Assembly (NCBI GenBank): GCA_963832495.1
Contig: CAWHUF010000014.1
Location: 279,308-343,307 of the forward strand
DNA: 64,000 nt
From: an uncultured Acidobacteriota bacterium
GTDB taxonomy: Bacteria > Acidobacteriota > Thermoanaerobaculia > Multivoradales > UBA5704
Direction: 5' to 3'
In this document: positions 47,020 to 60,369 of the stretch, piece by piece
Layout: each line of letters opens with the position of its first letter
Numbering within the stretch: the first letter of the stretch is position 1
The notes under the pieces: model-generated
Told to the model about the DNA's origin: nothing
What the model saw: only the letters and a program-made list of their open reading frames with translations
The model's database searches: none
Position numbers and translations under genes: made by a program

Positions 47020-47541
47020 TCAGGTGGCGCAGGTCCGGTCGTGGATCTTCTGCGCCAGCGTCTCGATCCTCTCCGTGAGCTCGCGGGTGATGCGGGTCAG
47101 CTCGGTGTTCTGTTCCAGGAGTTGGAAGATCTGTTCCTGCTGGCGGGTGGCGATCTCCTGCCGTTCGAGGCTCGCGGTGGCCAGAGCCTCCCGGTGCTGG
47201 GCGTCGGCCTCCGTCAGGGCCTTGTCGCGGTCAGCCTGCCGCGTCTGGGCGAGGAGGATCAGCGGCGCCGCGTAGGCGGCTTGGGTGCTGAACGCCAGGT
47301 TGAGCAGGATGAAGGGGTAGGGATCGAAATGGGCGAGCCCCCAGATGTTGAAGCCGATCCAGAGGGCGACGAGCGCGCTCTGGGCGATCAGGAACAGGGG
47401 CGTGCCGAAGAAGCGGGCGAAGGCCTCCGCCTTCTGGCCGAACCAGTCGCTGCCGAAGGCCGGGGCCAGATGGCGGTGGGGAGCATGGAAGCGCAGGTGG
47501 TGCGGCGAGGCGGCGGCTGGCTTGGACGGGTCCGAGGACAT
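47020..47541 (-). CDS. DUF1003-family membrane protein
   Basis: I chose the internal start MSSDPSK with a GGGAGA RBS. It has two TM helices (FLIAQSALVALWIGFNIW ; FILLNLAFSTQAAYAAPLIL) and a coiled-coil tail. Confidence 0.6.
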   Translation of the reverse strand: MSSDPSKPAAASPHHLRFHAPHRHLAPAFGSDWFGQKAEAFARFFGTPLFLIAQSALVALWIGFNIWGLAHFDPYPFILLNLAFSTQAAYAAPLILLAQTRQADRDKALTEADAQHREALATASLERQEIATRQQEQIFQLLEQNTELTRITRELTERIETLAQKIHDRTCAT

Positions 47542-47615
47542 GGCTTTCTCCCTTGTCTTGGACGATGCTAGCACCCCTCTGTAGTAGCATCTCCCGTCCG
47601 CCGGAGATGCGATCG

Positions 47616-49061
47616 ATGCCGTTGAAGCTCCTGAAGTCCCTCTGGATCGTCCCTATCCTCCTCCTCGCCGTTGGCTGTCGCGGCAAGGAAGAAACAGGGG
47701 CTGCGGAGGCTGCGTCTCCCGGGCTCAAGGTTCCGCGCCGGGTCTTCTTCATCACGGTGGACACCCTGCGGGCAGACCACATGAGCCTGTACGGCTATCC
47801 GCGGGAGACCTCGCCGCGCCTCGAAAAGCTGGCGGCCACGGGGGTGACCTTCGACCACGCCATCTGCCAGTGGCCGAAGACGGGGAGCTCGTTCGCTTCG
47901 ATGTTCACGGGCCTCTATCCCCACACGACGGGCCTCACCCACAAGGCGGCCTTGCGCATCCCCGAGCCGTATCTGACGCTCCCTGAATTCTTCAAGGAGG
48001 AGGGGTACCAGACGTTCGGGGTGAATTCGAACGCCGTGCTGGCCGCGCAGTTCGGCTGGGGCACCGGGTTCGACGAGTACCAGGAGACCTGGGGCGGCGG
48101 TGACTTTCCGGACGATCCCAAGGCGTTCCGGCCGCTGGCGAGCGCCCTCCGGGTGAACGGCCTCGCCATCCCCCTGCTCCGCAAGTACGCCGGGGCCGGC
48201 AAGCTGTTCGCGTGGATCCACTACTCGGACCCGCACGCGCCGTACATCCTGCCCGAGGGGGCCACGAATCCCTTTCTGGAGGACGCCCTGTTCCAGAAGG
48301 GAACGGACCGTCCGTTGCCCGCCCGGCTGACCAGGGGCTACACCCTCGACGGACGCACGGACCTCAAGTACTACGTGGCCCAGTACGACGCGAACGTCCT
48401 GGTGGCGGACGAGCACATCCAGAAGCTGCTCGACGAGATCCGCTCCCTGGGGCTCCTGGAGGACAGCCTGATCATCTTCACGGCCGACCACGGCGAGAGC
48501 CTGGGAGAGCACAACTCCTGGTTCGAGCACGGGCCGCTGCCCTACAACACCACGGCCCACGTGCCGCTCTTCTTCGTGATGGACGGCCTGCCGGCGGGCC
48601 GGCGTGTGGACCGGCCGGTGGAGCTGGTGGACCTCTATCCCACGCTGCGCGAGCTGATTGCTCCGGACCGGGAGGTTCCCGGCCTGGAGGGGAAGAGCCT
48701 CTGGCCCCTGCTACGGGGTGAGGATAGCCCCGCGGCGGACGCGTTCCGGCAGGCCTTCTCCGGGGCCGGCCGCAGCCCCAACCTCTACCACAGCGTGCAG
48801 GAGCCGGCCTGGAAGCTGGTCTTCAACTCCGGCGGCAAGCGCTCGCGTTCCGCCAAGTCGCCCACGGGCGGCTTCGAGCTCTACAACCTGGTGGAGGATC
48901 CCCTGGAGACCCGGAACCTCGCCGCCACCCATCCGGAGGAGATACGCCGGCTGCGGCGCGACCTCGTGGCGTGGATGAAGAAGGCGCGGGCGATGGGGGA
49001 GGACGAGGGTGGGGACGCCGAGACCGAGCGGGCGCTCAAGGCCCTCGGGTACCTGAACTAG
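47616..49061 (+). CDS. sulfatase-family lipoprotein (alkaline-phosphatase superfamily)
   Basis: It has a lipobox (LLLAVGC). It carries ITVDTLRADH ... GSSFASMFTG (the sulfatase Cys/Ser-x-P/A-x-R region, here SSFAS), and TADHGE. Confidence 0.7.
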   Translation: MPLKLLKSLWIVPILLLAVGCRGKEETGAAEAASPGLKVPRRVFFITVDTLRADHMSLYGYPRETSPRLEKLAATGVTFDHAICQWPKTGSSFASMFTGLYPHTTGLTHKAALRIPEPYLTLPEFFKEEGYQTFGVNSNAVLAAQFGWGTGFDEYQETWGGGDFPDDPKAFRPLASALRVNGLAIPLLRKYAGAGKLFAWIHYSDPHAPYILPEGATNPFLEDALFQKGTDRPLPARLTRGYTLDGRTDLKYYVAQYDANVLVADEHIQKLLDEIRSLGLLEDSLIIFTADHGESLGEHNSWFEHGPLPYNTTAHVPLFFVMDGLPAGRRVDRPVELVDLYPTLRELIAPDREVPGLEGKSLWPLLRGEDSPAADAFRQAFSGAGRSPNLYHSVQEPAWKLVFNSGGKRSRSAKSPTGGFELYNLVEDPLETRNLAATHPEEIRRLRRDLVAWMKKARAMGEDEGGDAETERALKALGYLN

Positions 49062-50239
49062 CTGCCGCCGGTCGTGCCCGTGCTCGTCCGGCCGAAGTTC
49101 GCGGCCAGGACGGCCAGATCGAGGCCGTCCACCGAGCCGTCCGCGTTGAAGTCGGCGTTCGGGTTGTAGCGGTTTTCGCCCCGCTGGGAGCCGAAGCTGC
49201 GGCCGAACCGGACCAGGTCCATTCCGTCCACCCGGCCGTCCTGGTTGATGTCGCCCGGGAGCGTGCCGGCACCCTGGATGGCGAAGCTGGCGATCTCGCG
49301 GTTGATGGCGTTGGGCGGCGTGGCGAGGTCCCGCGAGCGCAGGCCGATCGTGACGATGCCGGAGAGCGGCGTGGCCGGCTGGTAGGTGATGTGAGCCCGG
49401 CGCGAGCTCCCCACGGGGACGGCCTGGACCTGCTGGCCGTTGATCAGCAGGAAGGTGCTCGCGAGGTCGATCCCCGCGCCGAAGTCCCAGATGTCCACGT
49501 CGATCGCCGTGTCCGGCCGCACGTTGCGGGCTCCCTTGACGGGGCTGACGATGCCGGGGACGGGGGAGACCGTGTCGACCCCCTGGAGCAAGTTGAAGAA
49601 GACCCGGGCCAGGATGTCGTAGCCCGCGGCATTGGGATGGCCCACGGGGTCCGGCCGCTCGGTGCTGTAGAAGCCGGCGAAGAGGTTGGCCGTGTTGCGG
49701 TAGCCCTCGTTGGGATCGGCCAGCCGCCGCTGGCGCAGCCCGGCCAGATTGCGGATGCGCCCGTTGAGCTGGTCGGTGAGAGCATTCTCCGGGTCGACCT
49801 TGGCTTCGGGATAGCGAGGGACGACCGTGGCGTGGATCGCGCTCATGCCGAGGGTCTCGGCCCGGGTCGCCATCTCGTCCAGGTTGAAGATGGTGGTCTC
49901 GAGGGAGATGCTCTGCGAGATGTCGTTCGTCCCCTCCATCAGGACCAGCACGTCGCCGGGCGATCCCTGGACGAGGACGCCGTTGATCCGGGAGAGGCCA
50001 TCGGGGGTCTTCTCGCCGCCCAGGCCGAAGTTGAGCACCGTGGCGCTCACGCCCGCGGTCTGGAGCAGGTTCTGCAGCCGGGGCGTGTAGCCCTTGGCCG
50101 TGCGGGCTGGATCGTCGCCCACGCCGAAGGTGATGCTGTCGCCGAACGCCAGGTACTTCCTCGGGGGCGTCTGCGCGGCGGCAAGCGACGAAAACATCCC
50201 CAGAACGAGGATGGCGGAGGCGAGGCGGCGCGGGCTCAT
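49058..50239 (-). CDS. secreted SGNH/GDSL hydrolase with C-terminal dockerin-like repeats
   Basis: The signal peptide is MSPRRLASAILVLGMFSSLAAA. It has GDSITFG (GDS block I) and ... GTND ... The C-terminus carries DINQDGRVDGMDL and DFNADGSVDGLDL, dockerin type I-like Ca-binding pairs. Confidence 0.7.
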   Translation of the reverse strand: MSPRRLASAILVLGMFSSLAAAQTPPRKYLAFGDSITFGVGDDPARTAKGYTPRLQNLLQTAGVSATVLNFGLGGEKTPDGLSRINGVLVQGSPGDVLVLMEGTNDISQSISLETTIFNLDEMATRAETLGMSAIHATVVPRYPEAKVDPENALTDQLNGRIRNLAGLRQRRLADPNEGYRNTANLFAGFYSTERPDPVGHPNAAGYDILARVFFNLLQGVDTVSPVPGIVSPVKGARNVRPDTAIDVDIWDFGAGIDLASTFLLINGQQVQAVPVGSSRRAHITYQPATPLSGIVTIGLRSRDLATPPNAINREIASFAIQGAGTLPGDINQDGRVDGMDLVRFGRSFGSQRGENRYNPNADFNADGSVDGLDLAVLAANFGRTSTGTTGGS

Positions 50240-51297
50240 GGGATCCTGTCCAGACGGGCCGCGGCCTGTTGTTTCTGGAGGGGCCAGCGCATCCGGACCT
50301 CGTTGCCCGAAAAGCCGAGCACGGGCCGGCCCAGGCTGGAGGGATTGGCGGGGATGGAGGCCTTGGCCTTGACCCGTCCCTGCGGGTCGAGGTCGAGGAC
50401 CGACCAGGCGCGGGGCTCGGCTTCCATGTAGAGGAGCCGGGAGCCCACGAAAGAGGGGTAGAGCGAGCCGGAGGGAGCGGCGGCGCGCTCGTCCTGCCAC
50501 TCGCCCCCCTCGAACCGGGCCACGCGCAGCTGGTAGCCCTGGCCGTCGTAGCGGCTCCAGGCGACCAGCGCCCCGCCGCCGGGGGTGGCCGTCACGGCGG
50601 GGGTGATGTCGGGCACGGCGTTGGGGGCGGAGAGGCGGCTCACGGGGAGCCAGGATTCGCCCACGCGGCGGCTCCAGACGATCTCGTCGGCCGTGCCGTC
50701 GAAAGCGCTCCAGGCAAGGAGCCAGGAGCCGTCGTCCAGCACGGCGCCCGCGAGCGCGAGCTGGCTGCCCGGGCCGGGATGGGAGACCTGCTGAATCGAT
50801 CCCCAGTTTTGTCCCCAGCTTCCACCCTTCCAGGCGGCGGCACGTACGGCGAGGGAGCTCGGGTCGTCCCCTTCGAGCCAGGCGAGCCCGGCGAGCCGGC
50901 CGCCGTCCACCAGGAGCACGGGGCTCTGCCGGATGGCGCCCTCCTGGCCCGGGGGCTCGGCCAGGGTCTGGGATCGCTTGGCATTCGCGAAATTGCCCCG
51001 GAAGAGGACCAGGTTCCGTCCACCCGTGGCGTTGGGCGCGCTCCCGCCCGTCATCCAGCCGGCGTCGAGCGAGGCGAGAGTGGAGAGGACCGTCCGGTCC
51101 GGCAGGTCCAGCTCCAGGGAGCGTCCGCCGGGCAGCTCCAGCCACGCCGAGTCCTCCGCCGGCACGAGCGCCAGCGTCTCGCCGTTGCGGAGCACCTGGA
51201 GGGGATCCTGGGCGGTCTCCTGGGCGAAAAGGGCGGCGGCTCCGTAAAGAAGGAGACAGACGAACCCCAAGAGCGGGCTAAGGAACGATCCACGCAC
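50236..51297 (-). CDS. secreted hypothetical protein
   Basis: It has a signal peptide (MRGSFLSPLLGFVCLLLYGAAALFAQE). Its stop overlaps the start of the downstream hydrolase by 4 nt (ATGA), giving translational coupling. Confidence 0.5.
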   Translation of the reverse strand: MRGSFLSPLLGFVCLLLYGAAALFAQETAQDPLQVLRNGETLALVPAEDSAWLELPGGRSLELDLPDRTVLSTLASLDAGWMTGGSAPNATGGRNLVLFRGNFANAKRSQTLAEPPGQEGAIRQSPVLLVDGGRLAGLAWLEGDDPSSLAVRAAAWKGGSWGQNWGSIQQVSHPGPGSQLALAGAVLDDGSWLLAWSAFDGTADEIVWSRRVGESWLPVSRLSAPNAVPDITPAVTATPGGGALVAWSRYDGQGYQLRVARFEGGEWQDERAAAPSGSLYPSFVGSRLLYMEAEPRAWSVLDLDPQGRVKAKASIPANPSSLGRPVLGFSGNEVRMRWPLQKQQAAARLDRIP

Positions 51298-51319
51298 GTG
51301 GGGTATCCTACCGCATCCG

Positions 51320-52843
51320 GTGCCATCGCCGGGCTGGAGAAGAACCGTATTGCATCGAGAAACCCGGAATCAGCTGTTCAGAATTTTTGCGTTTGCGCTC
51401 TGCGCAGGCGCTTTTTTCGCGGCCGGCTGCCGCCGCGAGCCTGACGTGCCGGTCCATCGCGGGCCGATCGTGCTCATCACGATCGACGCCCTGCGGGCGG
51501 ACGCCGTGGGCGCCCTGGGCGGTCCGCCGCGGGTGATGCCCGCCCTCTCCGGCCTTGCCAAGGAGGCCACCTGGGCGGGGCGCGCCGTTTCGCCGTCGAG
51601 CTGGACGGTTCCTTCCATGGCCGCGCTCTTTACCGGCTTCCAGCCCTGGCGGGCGGGGAGCTGGGGCAACGACCGGGCCGTGCTCGACGACCGGTTCGTC
51701 ACCCTGCCCGAGGCCCTGAAGAAGGCGGGCTACCGCACGGCCGGCTTCCGTTCCAACCACTGGCTGCAGGCCGAATACGGCTACGCCCAGGGGTTCGACG
51801 ACTTCCGCTACCTGCGCGAGGGGAAGCGGGCCGAGGGGTACCTGGCGGACCTGAAGGGCGGGCAGGAGCTGGTCTGGATCCACATCCTGCCGCCCCACGC
51901 GCCGTACATCCGCCGCGAGCCCCTCCTCGAGCGGCTCGACGAGGTGCCGCCCGGCCTGCCCCGGCAGGTACGCCCCATCGACCTGGAGCCGTACTACGAC
52001 CCGGCCGTCGACCTGCCACCCGAGACGGAGAAGGTCTTCCGGGCCCTGTACCACCTGAACGCCGCCTGGGCCGACCAGATGCTCGGCCGCATGCTGGAGG
52101 CGTTGAAGCGCAGCGGCCAGTGGGACCAGACGCTCCTCGTGGTCACCTCGGACCACGGCGAGGAGTTCGGCGAGAGCGGGCAGATCGCCCACGGCGGCAA
52201 CCTCGGCCGCCAGCTCGTGGAGGTGCCACTCGTCATCAAGCTGCCCAAGGGTTTCCAGCGCCAGCTCCAGATCCAGCTGGGCAGCCGTCCCGCGACCGTG
52301 CGGGTGGGGCCGACCCTGATCGAGGCCGCCGGGGGCACCCCCGAGCCGGGCACGGCTCCCAGCTTCTTCCAGGCTTATGACAAGGGAGCCCTCTCCGAGC
52401 TGTACTCGGGCGACGGCGTCAACCGTTTCTCCCTGGTGGATGGCGACTTCCAGCTCCTGTGGGAGAGCCGCTTCGCGCCCGGCGAGCCGGAGTACTACCG
52501 GGCCCGTTACGAGGGGCTCGGCGGCAATCCCGAGCCGCCGCTCAGGGAGCCGGCCAAGGCCATCTTCGCCCGCCTGGAGAACGCTTTTGCCCAGGCTCTT
52601 CCCCTGACCGGCCTGCGGGGCCAGACGCCCCAGCTCAGCCTCTGGCGCTGGGGGGCGCAAGGCAGCGAGCCCGTGGGTGACCGCGAGCGGCTCGGCCGCA
52701 TGGCCCGCCAGCTCAAGAACGCCTGGACCGCCGCCAACGGCTCCGAGCAGCCGCCCGGCAGCGCCGTGGGCAAGCAGCCCAAGCTCAGCCCGGAGCAGGA
52801 GGAGGAGCTGAAGAGTCTGGGTTATCTGGCCGGCGGCAGGTGA
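51320..52843 (+). CDS. sulfatase-family lipoprotein
   Basis: It has a lipobox (FFAAGC). It carries ITIDALRADA ... SSWTVPSMAALFTG, and TSDHGE. It shares the C-terminal LKSLGYL with the sulfatase at 47616. The start is uncertain. Confidence 0.65.
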   Translation: MPSPGWRRTVLHRETRNQLFRIFAFALCAGAFFAAGCRREPDVPVHRGPIVLITIDALRADAVGALGGPPRVMPALSGLAKEATWAGRAVSPSSWTVPSMAALFTGFQPWRAGSWGNDRAVLDDRFVTLPEALKKAGYRTAGFRSNHWLQAEYGYAQGFDDFRYLREGKRAEGYLADLKGGQELVWIHILPPHAPYIRREPLLERLDEVPPGLPRQVRPIDLEPYYDPAVDLPPETEKVFRALYHLNAAWADQMLGRMLEALKRSGQWDQTLLVVTSDHGEEFGESGQIAHGGNLGRQLVEVPLVIKLPKGFQRQLQIQLGSRPATVRVGPTLIEAAGGTPEPGTAPSFFQAYDKGALSELYSGDGVNRFSLVDGDFQLLWESRFAPGEPEYYRARYEGLGGNPEPPLREPAKAIFARLENAFAQALPLTGLRGQTPQLSLWRWGAQGSEPVGDRERLGRMARQLKNAWTAANGSEQPPGSAVGKQPKLSPEQEEELKSLGYLAGGR

Positions 52844-52895
52844 GGGCCGTCACCGCACGACCCTCACAGTCTCCAGGTGCCGCCGGCGGGTACGC

Positions 52896-53090
52896 CTAGA
52901 GGCAGATATCGACGCAGTCGAACCGCGGGTCCGAGATGCAGCAGTTCGTCGCCGGGTCGTACTTCGGGCGGCACAACCCCGGGAGCCCATCGCAGGGACT
53001 CGCCGCGGACACCGGGTCGACGCCGAGCAGGGGCACCAGGGACAGCATCAGGGCGAACAGCATCGCGAGCTTACAGAGCTTGATCTTCAT
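52896..53090 (-). CDS. small secreted cysteine-rich peptide (64-aa precursor, 6 Cys in ~36-aa mature part)
   Basis: It encodes MKIKLCKLAMLFALMLSLVPLLGVDPVSAASPCDGLPGLCRPKYDPATNCCISDPRFDCVDICL. AAGGAG lies 7 nt upstream of the ATG. Confidence 0.5.
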   Translation of the reverse strand: MKIKLCKLAMLFALMLSLVPLLGVDPVSAASPCDGLPGLCRPKYDPATNCCISDPRFDCVDICL

Positions 53091-53219
53091 TCCACACTCC
53101 TTCTCTCGGGAGCAGGGTTTTTCCATGCTCCAATAGATCAAGGTGCTTGTCGCCGGTCCCCAGCGCGCCGCGAAGGTGAGCCCGGAGCTTGCCGGCTCAG
53201 GCTGTCGGTCTGGAGTGGA

Positions 53220-53639
53220 TTATGGCAGGTCGCTACACTGCCCGACCGCGCGCTTGCGCAGGATGAGTACGTTCTGCGAGCCACGGCGGACGTATTCCGC
53301 CGCATCCACCAGGGAACGCACCAGGTGAACGCCGAGGCCGCCGATGGGGTGCTCCCCGGCCTGCGCCGAGAATTCGGGCGGCGGCGCGGCGAGCGGATCG
53401 AAGGGCCGGCCGTCGTCGGTGAACTCGAGGATCACTTCGCCTGCGGCGAGCGTGAGCCCCACGCGGGCCCAGTGCACCGCGCCGTCGTCGTGCCCGTACT
53501 TCGCGAGGTTGGTGAGGATCTCCTCGGCCACGAGCCGAAGCTCCAGGATCGCGGCCTCGGGCAGACGCTCGACTCGCAGGGCGGCCTCGAGGGCGTCGAG
53601 GCCCGCCCCCAGCTCTGATGTCGCGACGCGGAGCTCCAT
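53220..53639 (-). CDS. anti-sigma regulatory factor (RsbW-like Ser/Thr kinase, HATPase_c_2)
   Basis: It has LVAEEILTNLAKYGH and GGLGVHLVRSLVD, the GHKL N/G boxes typical of RsbW/SpoIIAB. Confidence 0.65.
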   Translation of the reverse strand: MELRVATSELGAGLDALEAALRVERLPEAAILELRLVAEEILTNLAKYGHDDGAVHWARVGLTLAAGEVILEFTDDGRPFDPLAAPPPEFSAQAGEHPIGGLGVHLVRSLVDAAEYVRRGSQNVLILRKRAVGQCSDLP

Positions 53640-53834
53640 CCGTTCGGTACGTTAGGTGCCGCCGCGTGACGCTGTCAAGGCGAGCCCGTGTACCGGCCGC
53701 CCCTATTGGACCTAGGTCCAACTCCATGGACAGGCTCCGCCAGCGCAGAATTGAAAATCAACTCGCTCGCGGCGAGAGGGTGGAGAAGGATCGCGATAGA
53801 TCGCCGCCGTCGAGCACGCGTTGGAGGTGGTGCG

Positions 53835-54209
53835 ATGACGCTTAGGGTCCGAGTCGAGGAACCCCGTGCCCAGACGAAGACGCTGGTCCTGGCGGGCCGC
53901 CTCGACCACGAGAGCGTCGAGGCGTTCGACGAACGGCTGGACGCCGTCCTCGCCTCGCCGGTCACGGTCGTGGTGTTCGACCTGACCGAGCTCGAGTACA
54001 TCACCAGCGCAGGGCTGCGCTCGATGTTTCGAGCCCGGAAGGTGATGAGCGCCAGGGGCGGCAAGTGCATTCTGGTGAACCCGCAGCCCCAGGTGCACAA
54101 GGTCCTGGAGATCGTCAAAGTCCCGGAGCTCGGCGCGGTGTTCCAGAGCGTCGAGGAGCTCGATGCCTACCTGGACGTGATCCAGAAAAAGGTCGCGGAA
54201 GGCGAGTAG
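53835..54209 (+). CDS. STAS-domain anti-sigma-factor antagonist (RsbV/SpoIIAA-like)
   Basis: It begins MTLRVRVEEPRAQTKTLVLAGRLD, and ... DLTELEYITSAGLRSM has a conserved phosphorylatable Ser in a TSAGL context. GGAGGTGG lies upstream. Confidence 0.75.
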   Translation: MTLRVRVEEPRAQTKTLVLAGRLDHESVEAFDERLDAVLASPVTVVVFDLTELEYITSAGLRSMFRARKVMSARGGKCILVNPQPQVHKVLEIVKVPELGAVFQSVEELDAYLDVIQKKVAEGE

Positions 54210-54245
54210 CTCCCGGCTCGCAGCACGCCGCGGGCAGGTCAAGCC

Positions 54246-57836
<3,591 letters not shown>

Positions 57837-57845
57837 TCGAACGCC

Positions 57846-59027
<1,182 letters not shown>

Positions 59028-59073
59028 GCCACGCAGAGCCCTCGATGCTGGTCGTCGACGACGAGCAGCCTTT

Positions 59074-60369
59074 CTAGCTTTTCTCCCTCCTCTCCCCGGT
59101 AGGGTGGAGGGAGGGCTGGGAGAGGAGGGCCGGGGAGGTGAGGGCCCCCGCCGCCACCAGAAACACCCCATTCATGGCCGCCACCGTCCACGCAAACTCC
59201 ACGAGCGAGCCATGGAAGAGGGCCAACGCCCCCGCTTCCAGGAGAATCAGCACGGGCAGCACCGCGTAGAAGCGGATCGATCCCGTGGACAGCCGGTAGA
59301 GCAGCAGGGCGTTGCTGAAGGACATCAGGGCCATGGCGATCCCCAGGGGGAGCACCAGCCCCGCCGCCCCCTGGTAGACCTCACCGCCCACCGCCCGTAC
59401 CAGCCATTCCGGAACGAGGGCGAACGCCGTGATCACCGGCGCCACGCAGACCGCCAGGATGGCCAGCGTGCCCGCGAGGACGCGCCCGCTCTGTCCCTGG
59501 GCGGAGATGGGGAACATGGCCTTGGTCACCGGCGCCGTGCCGAGGAGGATCGACTTGCCCAGGAACGAGGCCACGGCGTAGCCCCCGGCGGCCACGTCCG
59601 GGAAGAAGGCGCGGGCGAGCAGCACGTCCAGGCTATAGAAGCCCATCACCGTGGCCGTCACCACGAAGACGGGCACGCTGTAGCGGTAGATGTCCGGCAC
59701 GGCCGCGGGCTCCGCCGGGGCGCCGTAGACGTCCCGCAGCGGCAGGAAGGAGACGGCGAAGGCGAAGCAGAGCCCCAGGCTCACACCCGCCACCGCGCCA
59801 TACTCCCGGGCGCCGGCCCAGACGAGCCCGATGCCCACGCCGAGCTTCACCAGGACCTCCCAGATCATGTTCAGGCCCAGCCCGGCGAAACGTTTGCGCC
59901 CCTGGAGAGCGCCGCGGTGGATGGGCAGCAGGCCCACGCCCACGAGCGACAGCGCGAAGAGGGCCATCAAGGGATAGGGGATGCGCAGCCACCGGCCGAG
60001 GGGCACTGCCGCCGCGAGATAGAGGACCAGCATGGCCAGCGTGGCCCGGCCGCCCTTGCGCAGCGCCCGGCGGAGGAGGTCGTGCAGCCGCCCGGGCGCG
60101 GGCTCGGACGAGGCGTAGCGAGCGACCACCGTCTGCACCGACTCGGCGAACACGTTCAGCACGTAGAGGATGGCGAGCAGCGCCGCCAGCGCGCCGTAGC
60201 CGGCCGGCCCGAGCATCCGCGCCATGGCGATATGGAAAACGAAATGGAGCGCGTTGGCCAGATTGAGCGTGACCAGGAGCATTGCGCTCCCGCCGAGCAG
60301 GCCGGTGGCCCCGGGAGGATCGGACCGGACCTTCACGGCACTGCCGGGGGAGGAGGCGCCGGACGCCAC
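59074..60369 (-). CDS. polysaccharide biosynthesis/oligosaccharide flippase family membrane protein (Wzx/MATE-like)
   Basis: It has about 12 predicted TM helices throughout and no soluble domains. The N-terminal start is uncertain (MLLVTLN alternative). Confidence 0.55.
   Translation of the reverse strand: MASGASSPGSAVKVRSDPPGATGLLGGSAMLLVTLNLANALHFVFHIAMARMLGPAGYGALAALLAILYVLNVFAESVQTVVARYASSEPAPGRLHDLLRRALRKGGRATLAMLVLYLAAAVPLGRWLRIPYPLMALFALSLVGVGLLPIHRGALQGRKRFAGLGLNMIWEVLVKLGVGIGLVWAGAREYGAVAGVSLGLCFAFAVSFLPLRDVYGAPAEPAAVPDIYRYSVPVFVVTATVMGFYSLDVLLARAFFPDVAAGGYAVASFLGKSILLGTAPVTKAMFPISAQGQSGRVLAGTLAILAVCVAPVITAFALVPEWLVRAVGGEVYQGAAGLVLPLGIAMALMSFSNALLLYRLSTGSIRFYAVLPVLILLEAGALALFHGSLVEFAWTVAAMNGVFLVAAGALTSPALLSQPSLHPTGERREKS

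Noticed and set aside
49036-49272. 78-aa minus-strand ORF in alternative frame of the hydrolase C-terminus
   Set aside because: It is an out-of-frame overlap with the dockerin region of the SGNH hydrolase, with Thr/Arg-rich low-complexity sequence.
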